DNA of 64,000 nt from Octopus sinensis (GCF_006345805.1 NC_043017.1:16988001-17052000); one strand, 5' to 3'. Positions 50,289 to 63,746 are shown, numbered from the stretch's first letter. The notes: a model not told the origin generated them from the sequence alone. Program-made: numbers and translations.

Positions 50289-50779
50289 CTCTCTCTCTCT
50301 CTCTCTCTCTCTCGCACAAGACAATGATAAAAAGAAATCCAGACAATTTTTTGAAAAATAACATTTTACCCCCCTTGAAATGGCCACCTGTGTTTGCCAT
50401 TTCTAAAAACCAAGAACCATTTGCTATTGAAAGGGCTGACCAGCTGCAAAGATGTCAACACATTTTTTTCTTCTTTCTCTCTTCCTTCTTCCTTTCCTTC
50501 TCTTTTCCATTGACACTCCTTTCAGTTACAAAAGAACACACACAAACACACTCACTCTCACTTTCTCCCTATTCTTCACCCTTTTGTATTATCTTATATC
50601 TCTCTCCACCCCTACACACTCAATAATACTATAAAAAGGGACAAAATTCCTGAAAAAGTTCAATCTGACGACTCCGCTAGAGTGGATGCAAGCGCTAATA
50701 TATGATTTATAAAAACATGTGACATATTAATAAATATCTGTAAATATAAAAGCATCCATATTTCTGAGTACCTTATTTC

Positions 50780-50818
<39 letters not shown>

Positions 50819-50919
50819 TATATATATAATATATATATTAACAATATAATAAATAAATAAAATATATGCATATATACATACATATATGTACATACTTACA
50901 TCTATATGTATATATACAA

Positions 50920-50999
<80 letters not shown>

Positions 51000-51211
51000 T
51001 AGAGGACACCACAAATAAATGTAGAATACAACGAGAAATGAAAACATAAAATCAAACAAGGAAACGGACTTTTTTTTAACAACGGAAAAACAGAGTACAG
51101 GACAAACAATACAAGGAAAATTCCCCTTCATCAGCTGTCCCTATGTACATATGTATATATATACATATATATTTACGAAGCAGCATGGAGCCAGCCACAT
51201 AACTGATCCTC

Positions 51212-51494
51212 CATGCTGGTGGCACCTAAAAAGCACCATCTGAACATGGTCAATGCCAGCCCCCCACCCTGACTGGCTCCCCTACTGGTAGCACGTAAAA
51301 AGCATCATCTGAACGTGGCCGATACCAGTGCTGCCTGACTAGCTCCTTTGCTGGTGGCATGTCAAAAGCAACCTCTACACAATTGCCAGATGAGATTGGA
51401 ACCTGGTGTGGCTTCCTGGCTAGCCAATCCCCAGTCAAACCGTCCAATCCATGCCAGCATGGAAAACAGACGTTAAACAATGATGATGATGATG
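51212..51494 (+). mobile_element. RTE 3' UTR fragment
   Basis: GGTGGCACCTAAAAAGCACC modules and (GAT)n tail directly abutting the next SINE. Confidence 0.8.
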
Positions 51495-51497
51495 AAG

Positions 51498-51621
51498 AGG
51501 AGTGGCTGCGTGGTAAGTAGCTTGTTTACCAACCACATGGTTCCGGGTTCAGTCCCACTGCATGGCACCTTGGGCAAGTGTCTGCTACTATATTCTCGGA
51601 AACTGAAAGAAGCCCGTCGTA

Positions 51622-51654
<33 letters not shown>

Positions 51655-51880
51655 GCGTTTGTGTGTATGTGTTTGTCCCCCTAGCATTGCTTGACAACTG
51701 ATGCTGGTGTGTTTATGTCTCTGTTACTTAGCGGTTCGGCAAAAGAGACCAATAGAATAAGTACTGGGCTTACAAAAGAATAAGTCCCGGGGTCGATTTG
51801 CTCGATTAAAGGCGGTGCTCCAGCATGGCCGCAGTCAAATGACTGAAACAAGTAAAAAAATAAAAGAGTAAAAGAGAGAG
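51498..51880 (+). mobile_element. SINE family A
   Basis: A/B boxes, internal (TA)n, CR1-like tail. Confidence 0.9.
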
Positions 51881-52260
51881 TATGTGACACTTGATGTGGC
51901 GTAGCCATTTGTTAGTTTTATTGATATTACTCATTATTTTGTTTAATGTTTTATTCCTTTTCAAAAATTCCAGCTGCTTACCAATATTTACCAGTTTCCC
52001 TCTGGTTTATTTTCCTTATTTCCTTGTTTAGTTTGTTTCCTTGTTTAACTGAATTTCATTTGTCTCAGGTGTTTGCCTTTCACATTGGCTCTGGTTTTTA
52101 CCAAGTGTTATTGGACTATTTCTGTACTGTAATTAGTGGTGGATTTTGTTATGCTGCTTTGTGTGTCATGTGTCTCATAGTATTTATAGATGTTTTGTTG
52201 AGTGTTTGTGCTGTCATTTCTCTGTTGACAATTAGACATGTTCAATTCTGTGAACCTTAA

Positions 52261-52950
52261 CCCTTTCGTTACTGTATTTATTTTGAGATGCTCTGTGTTT
52301 CTTTCAATTACTTTAAATATAACAAAGAATTTAGTTATTGTTAAGCTAGTGTTAGGAACATAAATTGTGACTAAGGTTTGGTGGGAGATTTTAATTCAAA
52401 ACTTATGAAAACAAGACATTTGTACTCAGAGCCAGAGGCAGGTTGGTATCAAAAGCATTAAGAATTGTTTCTCTATTATATATCTTAACCCTTTTGTTAC
52501 CATATTTCTCTTGAGATGCTCTGTGTTTCTTTCAATTACTTTAGATGTAACAAAGAATTTAATAAAATAACTTAGTTATCATTCAGCTAGTGTTAGGAAC
52601 ATAAATTGTGACTAAGGTTTGGTGGGAGATTTTAATTCAAAACTTATGAAAACAAGACATTTGTACTCAGAGCCAGAGGCAGGTTGGTATCAAAAGCATT
52701 AAGAATTGTTTCTCTATTATATATCTTAACCCTTTTGTTACCATATTTCTCTTGAGATGCTCTGTGTTTCTTTCAATTAGTTTTAAATGTAACAAAGAAT
52801 TTAGTAAAATAACTTAGTTATCATTCAGCTAGTGTTAGGAACATAAATTGTGATTAAGGTTTGGTGGAAGATTTAAATTCAGAACTTATGAAAACAAGAC
52901 ATTTGTACTCAGAGCTAGAGCTGGTTTCAGTCGGATTGGTAACAATAGGG
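52261..52950 (+). mobile_element. Trimeric piggyBac-type MITE
   Basis: TTAA|CCCTTTCGTTAC...GTAACAATAGGG|TTAA; units start at 52261, 52489 and 52730, separated by TTAA-GAATTGTTTCTCTATTATATATC-TTAA. Confidence 0.85.
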
Positions 52951-53849
52951 TTAATTTTGTCTTTTGCCAGAAGTGGTTTCCCCAAACTCTTTTGAAGATC
53001 CTGAAAGTGTTTCCATCACTCATTGATGTGTATGTGTGTTGTTAGTAGATTAGTCGGGTGAAAATGAGTTGGGGGACTGTTTGCTATGTAACAGTGGTAG
53101 CGAGGTGTGTTTAATAGTAAGGAATGTCTGTTGATGAGATGTGGTAATTATCTAGGTGAGGTGTGTTGTTGTGAATTTCGACACAGGGTTTAGTTGTTCT
53201 GCTGTTATGTCATCTTTTTGTTATCCATATTTTGTATCAAGATGTCTTGTGTGTGTTGGAGTTTCACAGTGGTGGTGTTTGGGAATGTATTGTACTTGGG
53301 TGTGTCTGACCTGGATACACTTCAGAATGTTACACATATGCTTGTTAATGTAGTTCACATTGTTTTAGTCTGAATGTGTCATTCTTAATTGTCATGTTCT
53401 ACTAATGATCTAATATTGTTTACAATACTCGTTTACTGAGTGTTTAATTTTAGGTCATTCACTATACCTTCTTTGTGGGTTAACATGTCTTGCTTTATCT
53501 GGCCGTCGGCTGGAAAATGAGGTGTTCTTGGTTGGCTTACAATAAAATAAAGCAATAACCTCATCAAAACCTCAAAGCTACTAGGTAATACATGGCCAAT
53601 TCTAAATATTGTAAATAAATATGGATTATGCTTAAGAGAATAATTTGAAAGCTAAAGTGTTAAATAATGAGGTTTAAAATCATTCCTAAAATCATTCATA
53701 CGAAGAATAAATTAAAAGTTTATTCTTCGTACTGTTTGTATTTGCTCTATCCAGATCTAAAAGCAGGGAAGAGAAACTTAGTGATGTGCCATTCACATAT
53801 AGAATAAAATCAAATAATTTTGAGTTCATAGATATTATTTATACATATA

Positions 53850-54255
53850 GGCGCAGGAGTGGCTGTGTGGTAAGTAGCTTGTTTACCAACCACATGGTTC
53901 CGGGTTCAGTTCTACTGCATGGCATCTTGGGCAAGTGTCTTCTACTATAGCCCCGGGCCGACCAAAGCCTTGTGAGTGGATTTGGTAGACGGAAACTGAA
54001 AGAAGCCCATCGTATATATGTATATATATGTATGTGCGTGTATGTTTGTGTGTCTGTGTTTGTTCCCCTAGCATTGCTTGACAACCGATGCGGGTGTGTT
54101 TATGTCCCCGTCACTTAGCGGTTCGGCAAAAGAGACCGATAGAATAAGTACTGGGCTTACAAAGAATAAGTCCTGGGGTCGAGATGCTCGATTATAGGCA
54201 GTGCTCCAGCATGGCCGCTGTCAAAATGACTGAAACAAGTAAAAAAAAAAAAAAA
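53850..54255 (+). mobile_element. SINE family A
   Basis: Full copy. Confidence 0.92.
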
Positions 54256-55228
54256 TAATATATCAAAGGGGTCTTAGAAGTAAGTCTTGGGTAACACCTG
54301 TAAAGTGAGGTGGAAGATGATGACATTTTGACCATTGTACTCAACAGACTGATATGATTTCATGAAGTAACTGTGGACCGGTTATGTTTCAGTTCTTATT
54401 CCATAATAATGTAATCTACAGAACAAGAAATCGTGTTCTGCTGTTGTAAAAGCTTTTGTAAAGTGCAGAAATATTTCCATTGATTTTGTTTTTTTCTTAG
54501 AATTTTATCTGAGATAACTATCAACTCTGTAGTTACATTATTCTGTGGAATGGTTTCTACAAAAACTATACTGGCTTCTTTTTGTTGCTGTATTCATTGC
54601 TGACTCTCATCGTACTGACTCAGTCAGTAACTGTTTGGAAGAATTTGCAAATATTTTATTTTAGTTTTCAATAGTTTTAACTCTCAAAATTTTTGGACAA
54701 TAAAAATAAGAAAAAAGTGGAAATTTTACCAGTGAGTGTGTTACATAATAAGGCACAAACAGAAAATGACTCTCCCCAGACACAACTTTAAAATAATGTA
54801 ATTACATATATCATTATTTTAGCTTAAAATTTTCATCTATTAGCAAAACTGTAGAATTCAAAGGAGTGGATTCATGGTTTGCATTGGCAAATAGTAATAC
54901 AACATGTTGAACTAGAACAAATTTTTCATTGTCATTTATCAAATGATTTCATATTTGTTGCATTATTAATTTTCTATAAATAGAATTAAGTTTTACAGCT
55001 GTAATAATTTTGACTTTGAATCTTTTTTGTGCTAGTGTGTTGTGGATAAGTGAAGGCTTTTTTCCAAATACTTCATCCATAACTTGACAATGTATATATT
55101 CGATTAATTATTGATGTATTAAGCATCTTATTTTGGATAATGTAAATGTAAATTATGGTATCTTCTGTGAGCAATACAAATGTTTGTCCATTACACCAAT
55201 GTATAATCAAATGCCTTATTTTTCTTCC

Positions 55229-55309
55229 TGATGTTCAATATGTTCACTAATGTTCACAATATGTTCACTGATGTTCACAATATGTTCACTAATGTTCACA
55301 ATATGTTCA
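55229..55309. repeat. 21-bp tandem repeat, about 4 units
   Basis: ATGTTCACAATATGTTCACT(A/G). Confidence 0.85.
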
Positions 55310-55488
55310 GTCTGCATCGACAGCAGATTGCATTCCCAGAATACAGAATGATACCCTTTAGTGAACACATTGACAAATGTGCAAAACAGCTACTACCACA
55401 ATTTATAATCTTAAGAGACTGTAAATCCACTTTAGCTGAATAACTGTACATAAAATCTTGTATGTTCAAGATGACTTCATGCAAATGT

Positions 55489-55673
55489 GGCACAGGAGTG
55501 GCTGTGTGGTAAGTAGCTTGCTTACCAACCACATGGTTCCGGGTTCAGTCCCACTGCGTGGCACCTTGGGCAAGTGTCTTCTACTATAGCCTCGGGCCGA
55601 CCAAAGCCTTGTGAGTGAATTTGGTAGACGGAAACTGAAAGAAGCCCGTCATATATATGTATATATATATATA

Positions 55674-55709
<36 letters not shown>

Positions 55710-55957
55710 TATATATGTATATATATATGTGTGTGTGTGTGTGCGTGTGTGTTTGTGTGTTTGTCCCCCTAGCATTGCTTGACAACCGATGCTGGTGTGT
55801 TTATGTCCCCGTCACTTAGCGGTTCAGCAAAAGAGACCGATAGAATAAGTACTGGGCTTACAAAAAGAATAAGTCCCAGGGTCGAGTTGCTCGGCTAAAG
55901 GCGGTGCTCCAGCATGGCCGCAGTCAAATGACTGAAACAAGTAAAAGAGAGAGAGAG
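55489..55957 (+). mobile_element. SINE family A
   Basis: Full copy. Confidence 0.92.
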
Positions 55958-56368
55958 TCCACATCTATCAATAATGTATGTTGCGAAGAATTGATTTGCT
56001 TCTTTAATCACTCATTTGCTTTTAGTCATGAATATTTTATTAACTCTGACTTTTTTTTTATTTGTTTGCATGGGTCTATTCATTCCTTCACACATTTTAC
56101 ACATACTTGTATATATATCTGGGCCAATCTAATTACTCAATTGACTTCATAAAAATTCCCTTGAATAATGCTCCACTTGATCTTGTACCCTTTCCCTATT
56201 CAGAAATGCTAATTTATTCATATTACTTGTTCTGGCTCCTCCTCCAGGTTTCTGCTATATTTTCTCACGGTTCTACTCCAAGTCCTACACATTTAATTCT
56301 ATCTGCACATACCAGTTGTACTAAACTTTATTGGCAATTCACACAGTTTCATTTGTTTCTGTTTCCAG

Positions 56369-56413
56369 CTGGCAGTTACCCTGGTGGGCAACCACCTTAT
56401 GGAAGTAGCCAAG
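56369..56413 (+). CDS. Host gene coding exon D: (A)GSYPGGQPPYGSSQ
   Basis: Acceptor tttctgtttccag|, donor CAAG|gtaagt; 45 nt, phase 1-1. Confidence 0.82.
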
Positions 56414-56698
56414 GTAAGTTTCAAGCCATTAAATATTATCGATCCACCTCCTTTCTGGGATTATTGTAGAAGCCATGCAATTTCTTCTCATTTCTAATTT
56501 CTATCTGCTATACTGTTTTCAGTGATGTCAGTGGGCCTCTTAATCTTACACAAGATTATATGTGCAAATGAATCAATGAGAGAGATTTGCAAAATGAGTA
56601 TTTAAGCTGGCTAACATACATAATCCATTTTAAAGGTTAAGAAAATTTCTCATTCTGCTAGTATAGCCATAAAATTTTGGACATATTTCTAGTTTTAA

Positions 56699-57409
56699 CC
56701 CTTTCGTTACCAACCCAGCTGAAACCGGCTCTGGCTCTGAGTACAAATGTCTTGTTTTCATAAGTTTTGAATTAAAATCTTCCACCAAACCTTAGTTACA
56801 ATTTATGTTCCTAACACTAGCTTAACGATAACGAAGTTATTTTACTAAATTCTTTGTTATATTTAAAATTAATTGAAAGGAAACAGAGCATCTCAAGAGA
56901 AATATGGTAACAAAAGGGTTAAGATATATAATAGAGAAACAATTCTTAATGCTTTTGATACCAACCTGCCTGAAACTGCCTCTGACTCTGAGTACAAATG
57001 TCTTGTTTTCATAAGTTTTGAATTAAAATCTTCCACCAAACCTTAGTTACAATTTATGTTCCTAACACTAGCTTAACGATAACGAAGTTATTTTACTAAA
57101 TTCTTTGTTATATTTAAAATTAATTGAAAGGAAACAGAGCATCTCAAGAGAAATATGGTAACAAAAGGGTTAAGATATATAATAGAGAAACAATTCTTAA
57201 TGCTTTTGATACCAACCTGCCTCTGGCTCTGAGTACAAATGTCTTGTTTTCATAAGTTTTGAATTAAAATCTCCCACCAAACTTTAGTCACGCTTTATGT
57301 TCATAACACTAGCTGAATGATAACTAAGTTATTTACTAAATTCTTTGTTACATTTAAAATAATTGAAAGAAACGCAGAGCATCTTGAAATAAATACAGTA
57401 ATGAAAGGG
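56699..57409 (-). mobile_element. Trimeric piggyBac-type MITE, inverted relative to 52261-52950
   Basis: TTAA|CCCTTTCGTTAC...GTAATGAAAGGG|TTAA; same three-unit layout and the same 23-bp spacer, reversed. Confidence 0.85.
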
Positions 57410-57519
57410 TTAACGACTGGATATGCTTTCTGTATTGTTTAATATGCTTAAACACACACCTAGAAAATAGGTTAGATATAAGGATTGTACAAATACCCTG
57501 GGATGATAGTTGCACTCAC

Positions 57520-58240
57520 TGAAATAAATGTTGTGCAGTAAATCAGGTCTGCTCTTTTGAAACTCTTCAGTTTTATCCAAAATTACATTGGCACTCAGCA
57601 AGCTGTCCCTTAGAAATTTCCAGCTACCTTCTATGTTCGATGTCTGTAGCTCCACCTCCCTCTCATCAAATTTCTTGATGGGGATATTCCTAAATCTCTG
57701 ATCACGTGAAGGGTTCTTTAGCTTCCAAATCCTTCTTTTCTGGATTGGTCTGCTTCTTTGGTATCCTTCTGGCCTCGAGCCGAAGGTCACTAATGACTAG
57801 CCTATGCTGGGGGATACATTCTTCACCCAGGAGGGTCTTTGTATTTAAGAGCAACCCTGCGTCCCGCTGTCTGGTGAGGATGAAATTAATCTGGCTTACA
57901 GAGTCCCCTGATTGATAGGTTATAAGGTGGCTATCTGGCTTCCTGAAGTTAGTGTTGCAGATTAAAAAGTTACATGCATCACAGAATTCCAGTAGCCTAG
58001 TTCCTCATCGTTCCGAGTGCCAATATCATGACCTCTGTGTACCCCAGTGAAGATACCAGATTCCCGCCCAACATGCCCATTAAAATCTCCAGCCACAAAG
58101 ATGAGGTCATTGCCACTCGTCTTTGAGGTAGCCTGTAGAAGGGTATCATAAAAGTGGTCCTTCTGATCATTTGGTAGCCCCACATGTGGGGCGTAGGTGG
58201 AGATAATTGTAGCAGTGCTGTTCTGCAGGACTAGCCTGGG
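57520..58240 (-). mobile_element. Decayed RTE endonuclease region
   Basis: IISTYAPHVGLPNDQKDHFYDTL...VAGDFNGHVG. Confidence 0.75.
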
Positions 58241-58708
58241 CTTATAATTCATTATTACAATAAAACAAAGTATTATTTATGCTCTGTTAATTTGATGTTC
58301 AGTCTAGCTGCCAAGAAAGTGTTAAACATGCAAACTGCTATATCCAGTTTAACTTGTAATATTAGTGGGTTTATATGCAATATGTTGGAGGGTGCATGGT
58401 TACTGAAGATTTGCCCATAATTTGAAACATGCATGCACGACTGTTTCTTCTAATTCTGTCCATGGTCAAATTGTACAGACATGTTGTTTACAGTCATTGT
58501 TGCATAGTGTTGGCTAATAAATATAAATATATTCTATTATACATGTTAGCAATTAAATGAAATGTCTTATAAGTTATGTCTAGAACACAACTGATTGAGA
58601 GAATTGACTCTGAATATTGAAGTGCTGCTCCAAGAGTCAAATATTTGTCTTGAAATATAGAAAATACGGTTAGTTCTGTATTCCTTATTTCTATTACTTA
58701 TTTTACAG

Positions 58709-58852
58709 GTTATATTTCACAGCAACAAGCTGGGTATCCACCTCAACAAGCTGGGTATCCACCTCAGCAACCTGGGTATCCTCCTCAACAAGCTGGATAT
58801 CCTCCTCAACAACCTGGGTATCCATCTCAACAACCTGGATACCCACCCTCTG
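58709..58852 (+). CDS. Host gene coding exon E: (G)YISQQQA then GYPPQQ(A/P)-type heptad repeats, ending GYPPS
   Basis: Acceptor ttattttacag|, donor TCTG|gtaagt; 144 nt, phase 1-1; 21-bp coding repeats vary mainly at synonymous positions. Confidence 0.87.
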
Positions 58853-59597
58853 GTAAGTATATTTTACATTGAATTGCTGCATGTATCGATATTTTCGAAA
58901 ATTTCACTGGGTAAAGACCGAGTTCTTTACAGGAGTTTTCTTTGGCATATTTCCAGTTTTACATTTGTCTATAATTTCTAGCAATATATTACTAAATGTA
59001 ATAGTAATGATTATAACTCAAGATTAAAATTTTACAGTATTTATTTCTTCCCTCTATGTTGTGAGTTTAGGGCTAATTTTTCTCTTCTGAGAGCAGCAAA
59101 ATAGGTACCAGTGATATATTGAGCATTTGAATAAATAGCATGGAATATATAGCTATATTCTTCACATTCTGAGTTCAACTTTTCTGCAGGTTACTATCCT
59201 TTCATTTCTATGGTATTGATAAAAGGAGTGCTTGTAAAGATGGATTCAAGTGACTATACCGCTCCCTGTGACCTTTTATGCCTAACTTAAAAGTAAATAA
59301 TATTAGCTGATGTGATTAAGGGCACTACTTCCTTTAGAAATTGTTAGCTTGTACTTAGTCCTCAAAAAGGTTGAATATCTGAAGATCTGAACTGCTGATA
59401 ATGAAAAGTGCATTGTACAAATTCATTCAGATTTCTTTGGTATCTTAAAATTTTGTTACCTGTGAAACTTCATGATGTTTCAGTTAACTTTCTTGGCTGT
59501 GATATGTGATGCTCCAGTAATTTTGGCAGGTGTTTATATCTTTGTTAGTTCTGTTTGGATGAAGGGACAATGCCCATGGTTCTTGCAGGTCCTCCAA

Positions 59598-59815
59598 GAT
59601 GAGCTGGCAGAACCGTTAGCACGCCGGGCGAAGTGCTTAGCGGTATTTCGTCTACCGTTACGTTCTGAGTTCAAATTCCGCCGAGGTCCACTTTGCCTTT
59701 CATCTTTCCGGGATCGATAAATAAAGTACCAGTTACGCACTGAGGTCGATGTAATCGACTTAATCCCTTTGTTTGTCCCCTCTGTGTGTAGCCCCTTGTG
59801 GGCAATAAAGAAATA
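59598..59815 (+). mobile_element. SINE family B
   Basis: GAGCTGGCAGAACCGTTAGC...GAGTTCAAATTCC...CCCCTTGTGGGCAATAAAGAAATA. Confidence 0.9.
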
Positions 59816-61480
59816 AGATTAATGAGAGTGCTGTTAATATTCTGCACAAACTGTTACAACTTGAGGAAAGACAGCTGTAAAAGAGAATTCCAAAGATATT
59901 CCCTGAGATAACCCGGGAAGAAAGGACTGGGTATTGTGTTTTGTGCTGGTTTTGGAAGGGGAGGAATTTGACACAATAAGGAAGAGATGAATGAGTTGAG
60001 TGCATGAATAGAGATGGCCAACTCCAAGAGGCCATTGTGGTAGAAGAGGCAGCCTGAAGAGTGGGTCAGTGGCTTGAGCATGTTTTTGAGTGAATTTCTA
60101 TCAGTCGGTTGAGTAGCCTTTCTCTGGGGGGGGGGTGTCTAGAGTGTCTCTGTGTGTTGGTAGCACTGTCCCAGTTGTGGGAGTAGAACTCCTTTGTGAA
60201 TTTCACATGAGCTTTGAAGTGGAGGATAGGAAGGTCAGTTTTTGAAATGCAGTCTGTTAAGGATGAATGTGCATTAGAAGAGATTTTTCAGTGATAGAGA
60301 GGCTTGTTGGTCATATTTGGCAAGCCTTTCTAATTACTTGTTGGTCATGTTTAAAGCATAGCAAGGTTTAAAATGGTTTCTTATGTGCATTTTTGCAATG
60401 GAATATACTATGATGTGTTCCTAAAGATTGATATGTATTCTATCCTGTGTGTGTGTGAGAGAGAGAAAGACTTGCTCAGACCTGGAGGTTTTCATGTCTT
60501 GGGACTCGAGGCAGTCAAAATGCGCCACTGATTGTGGTTCCTCACTTCTCTGTGTGTCATTCCATGTTTTATCAATCAGCTGCATGTCCATTCTTGATCA
60601 TTTGGTGCCAAATCAATTTTGAGCATCCTCTCTGTCTCTTCTTATTGGTTTTCTGCTGAAGGACTTGATTGGCAAGTCTTTCATGTGGGAATTGTATTAT
60701 ATTTGTGTGAGAGAGATTGAAGAGTGTGGTGAATATAGGGGCTAGCTGTGGAACCCCTTATTTCAGAGCAATGGAAGGAGTATTGTCAGCACTGTTGGCC
60801 CTGTTGGTGTGAAGTGATTTCACACTTGGTACAATTGTGTACATAGTAGTAGTAAGTTTGGTGTAATGGAAGTGGTGATAGTTTTAGTGGAAATTTGACC
60901 AGTGGGTGCGAAATTGAATTGAATGTAGGCAGCAGTGATTGTGGAGACAGCCTTTGAGGAGATATTACTCACAGTTGTGTGATACCCTAAAGGTATATTT
61001 CATGGTTTAGGTAACATTTAAAGGAGTTGCCATACTTTTCTTTTTTCCATTCTTTTTGCATTTTTTTACTAAGTCCAACGTAGATGTTAAAATACTTTTG
61101 GTCATTCTTGATGTTACCCATCCATTAACTTGTAAAGCCATTAAAATGTTTCCATGATTTTGAAAAAGAATGGTAGTACACACATACTTTTTATAGGGAT
61201 CCAAGATTGGTTCACAAAAAGGGAGGAACAACCCACAACTTAGAGGTTCTAGCAGTAGAAAGCATGCATCCAAATATATATTTAACTGATATTTAGTGAT
61301 ATTAGTGCATAACTGCTGGTTTTGTGTTATTTCCAAAGCAGGTTTTGTGTTATCATAATTATGAGACTAATTTATGAAAAAATACACCAGATTAGAACAA
61401 GGGAAAAACACTTTGTTTTTTGCCAAAAATATCTGCAATAATAAATAGATTTATATATATATATATCTATCTGTAAATGT

Positions 61481-61555
61481 AATATGTGACAATTATTCGG
61501 TAGCCAAGATAAAACTCAGACTTTTATCTTGGCTACCGAATAATTGTCACATATT
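61481..61555. repeat. Perfect 34-bp inverted repeat with 7-nt spacer
   Basis: AATATGTGACAATTATTCGGTAGCCAAGATAAAA-CTCAGAC-TTTTATCTTGGCTACCGAATAATTGTCACATATT. Confidence 0.92.
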
Positions 61556-61627
61556 TTTCAGAGATAAATTTCCTCTATTTACATAATATCGAGGTCTCTT
61601 TCTTTCTTTTGTTATATTACTGTTTTT

Positions 61628-61669
<42 letters not shown>

Positions 61670-62740
61670 CTTTCCATTATTTACCAAAAATTATAAACAG
61701 TGAGACTATTAATAAAAAGAAAAGACAGAACAACCCTGGTAGATATTTGGATTAAATTGATATTAAACTGTAAATTGTTATAAGAATTTAGAAATTTCAA
61801 GAAAGTGTGAAATAATTTGTTTTTATCAGTGGAACTCGAAGTAAATAAAGCTATAAATAATAGTCTGTAAAAACTGTGTTAAAAAAAGCCTTTGAACAGA
61901 AAATGTTACTTTTTGTGGAAATCTTGGTTGGTGCATGTGCATTGATATTTTTTGTGATGTTTGTGTCAAAGTTATGTTCTGGATGTGTTTAGTAAGAGTT
62001 TGTAATTAAATGGCAGTTTATGGGAAAGTGTCAGTAAATGTTGTATGTGTATAGTGAAGTCACCATCTTATCTGTGTTGCTTGCTTTCACTCATTGACAC
62101 AACAGTGTGGGATTAATATTGATTTTGATTAGGTTTATAGATTCTGTTAGGATAGTTGTTGCTAAGCGAGTCTTGTCAACTCTTCTCAATCTGTATCTAA
62201 GCTGAAGCCATTATGCTTTTATTGTTGCAGGTGTATTTAGGATTTATACCTTAAAATATTTTGATCTATTTCAAAGTTAGTAGATTTCGTTTTTGGATTT
62301 GGTTTGCAAGGTTCTTTATATGAGTTCGTGTGTTGAAGCATATTCTGTTGTGTCTGGGGAGAGTCATTTTCTTTTTGTGCTTTATGAGAGTCAAAACTAT
62401 TGAAAAGATTGCAAGACGCAACGAAAATTTTAGGAGAATAGAAAATAAGAAAAAAGTGGAAATTTTACCGGTGAGTGTGTTATATCATAAGGCACAAAAA
62501 GAAAATGACTCTCCCGAGACACAACAATGTTGGTAGAGTTTTGCTGGAGTTTTACTTCTTCATTAGGATACATCCTATGTGTGGAAATTATAGGATTAGA
62601 GACTTGTTCGTCTTCCATCACACACAATATAGACTTACAGGGTGTTCGGGCTAAATTTAACAATTTGCACCAAAAAAAAAATGCATTATCCTATCCAAAA
62701 ATAAAAGTATTTAAAAAATTCAAAAAGTATCAACTAAATA

Positions 62741-62907
62741 GACGTAGGAGTGGCTGTGTGGTAAGTAGCTTGCTCACCAACCACATGGTTCCAGGTTCAG
62801 TCCCACTGCATGGCACCTTGAGCAAGTGTCTTCTACAATAGCCTCGGGCCAACCAAAGCCTTGTGAGTGGATTTGGTACATGGAAACTGAAAGAAGCCTG
62901 TTGTATA

Positions 62908-62941
<34 letters not shown>

Positions 62942-63114
62942 ACATATATATATAATATATATATATTATATATATAATATATATACATATATATACATAT
63001 ATACATATTATATACATATATACATATATATACACATATATATATATATATATATACATATATATATACATATATATATATATACATATATATATACATA
63101 TATATATATATTAC

Positions 63115-63173
<59 letters not shown>

Positions 63174-63240
63174 CATATATATATACATACATATATATAT
63201 ATACATACATATTATATATATATACATATATATATATATA

Positions 63241-63271
<31 letters not shown>

Positions 63272-63299
63272 CATACATATATATATATATACATACATA

Positions 63300-63333
<34 letters not shown>

Positions 63334-63456
63334 CATACATATATATATACATACATATATATATATACATACATATATCTATATATATATATATACATTA
63401 TATATATATATATACATATATATATATACATATAATATATATATATATATACATAC

Positions 63457-63504
<48 letters not shown>

Positions 63505-63633
63505 ACATATATATATATTACATATATATATATATACATATAATATATATATATATATACATATATAATATATATATACATAACCCATGCTAGCATGGAA
63601 AGCGGACGTTAAACGATGATGATGATATATACA

Positions 63634-63667
<34 letters not shown>

Positions 63668-63668
63668 C

Positions 63669-63746
<78 letters not shown>

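Noticed and set aside
51091-51140. Minus-strand GGACAG-CUGAUGA-hairpin...UUGUCC as a hammerhead
   Set aside because: The segment after the hairpin is GUAUUGU, with no GAAA, stem III or NUH triplet.
58400-58440. CTGAAGA...GAAACATGC as a hammerhead (also CTGATGA at 37.78 kb minus and CTGACGA at 50.69 kb)
   Set aside because: Stem II or GAAA, and stem I, cannot be formed; at best unrecognisably decayed.
62234-62280. Next host exon after ttgttgcag|
   Set aside because: In-frame stop follows shortly, the donor is weak and the composition is unlike the other exons.
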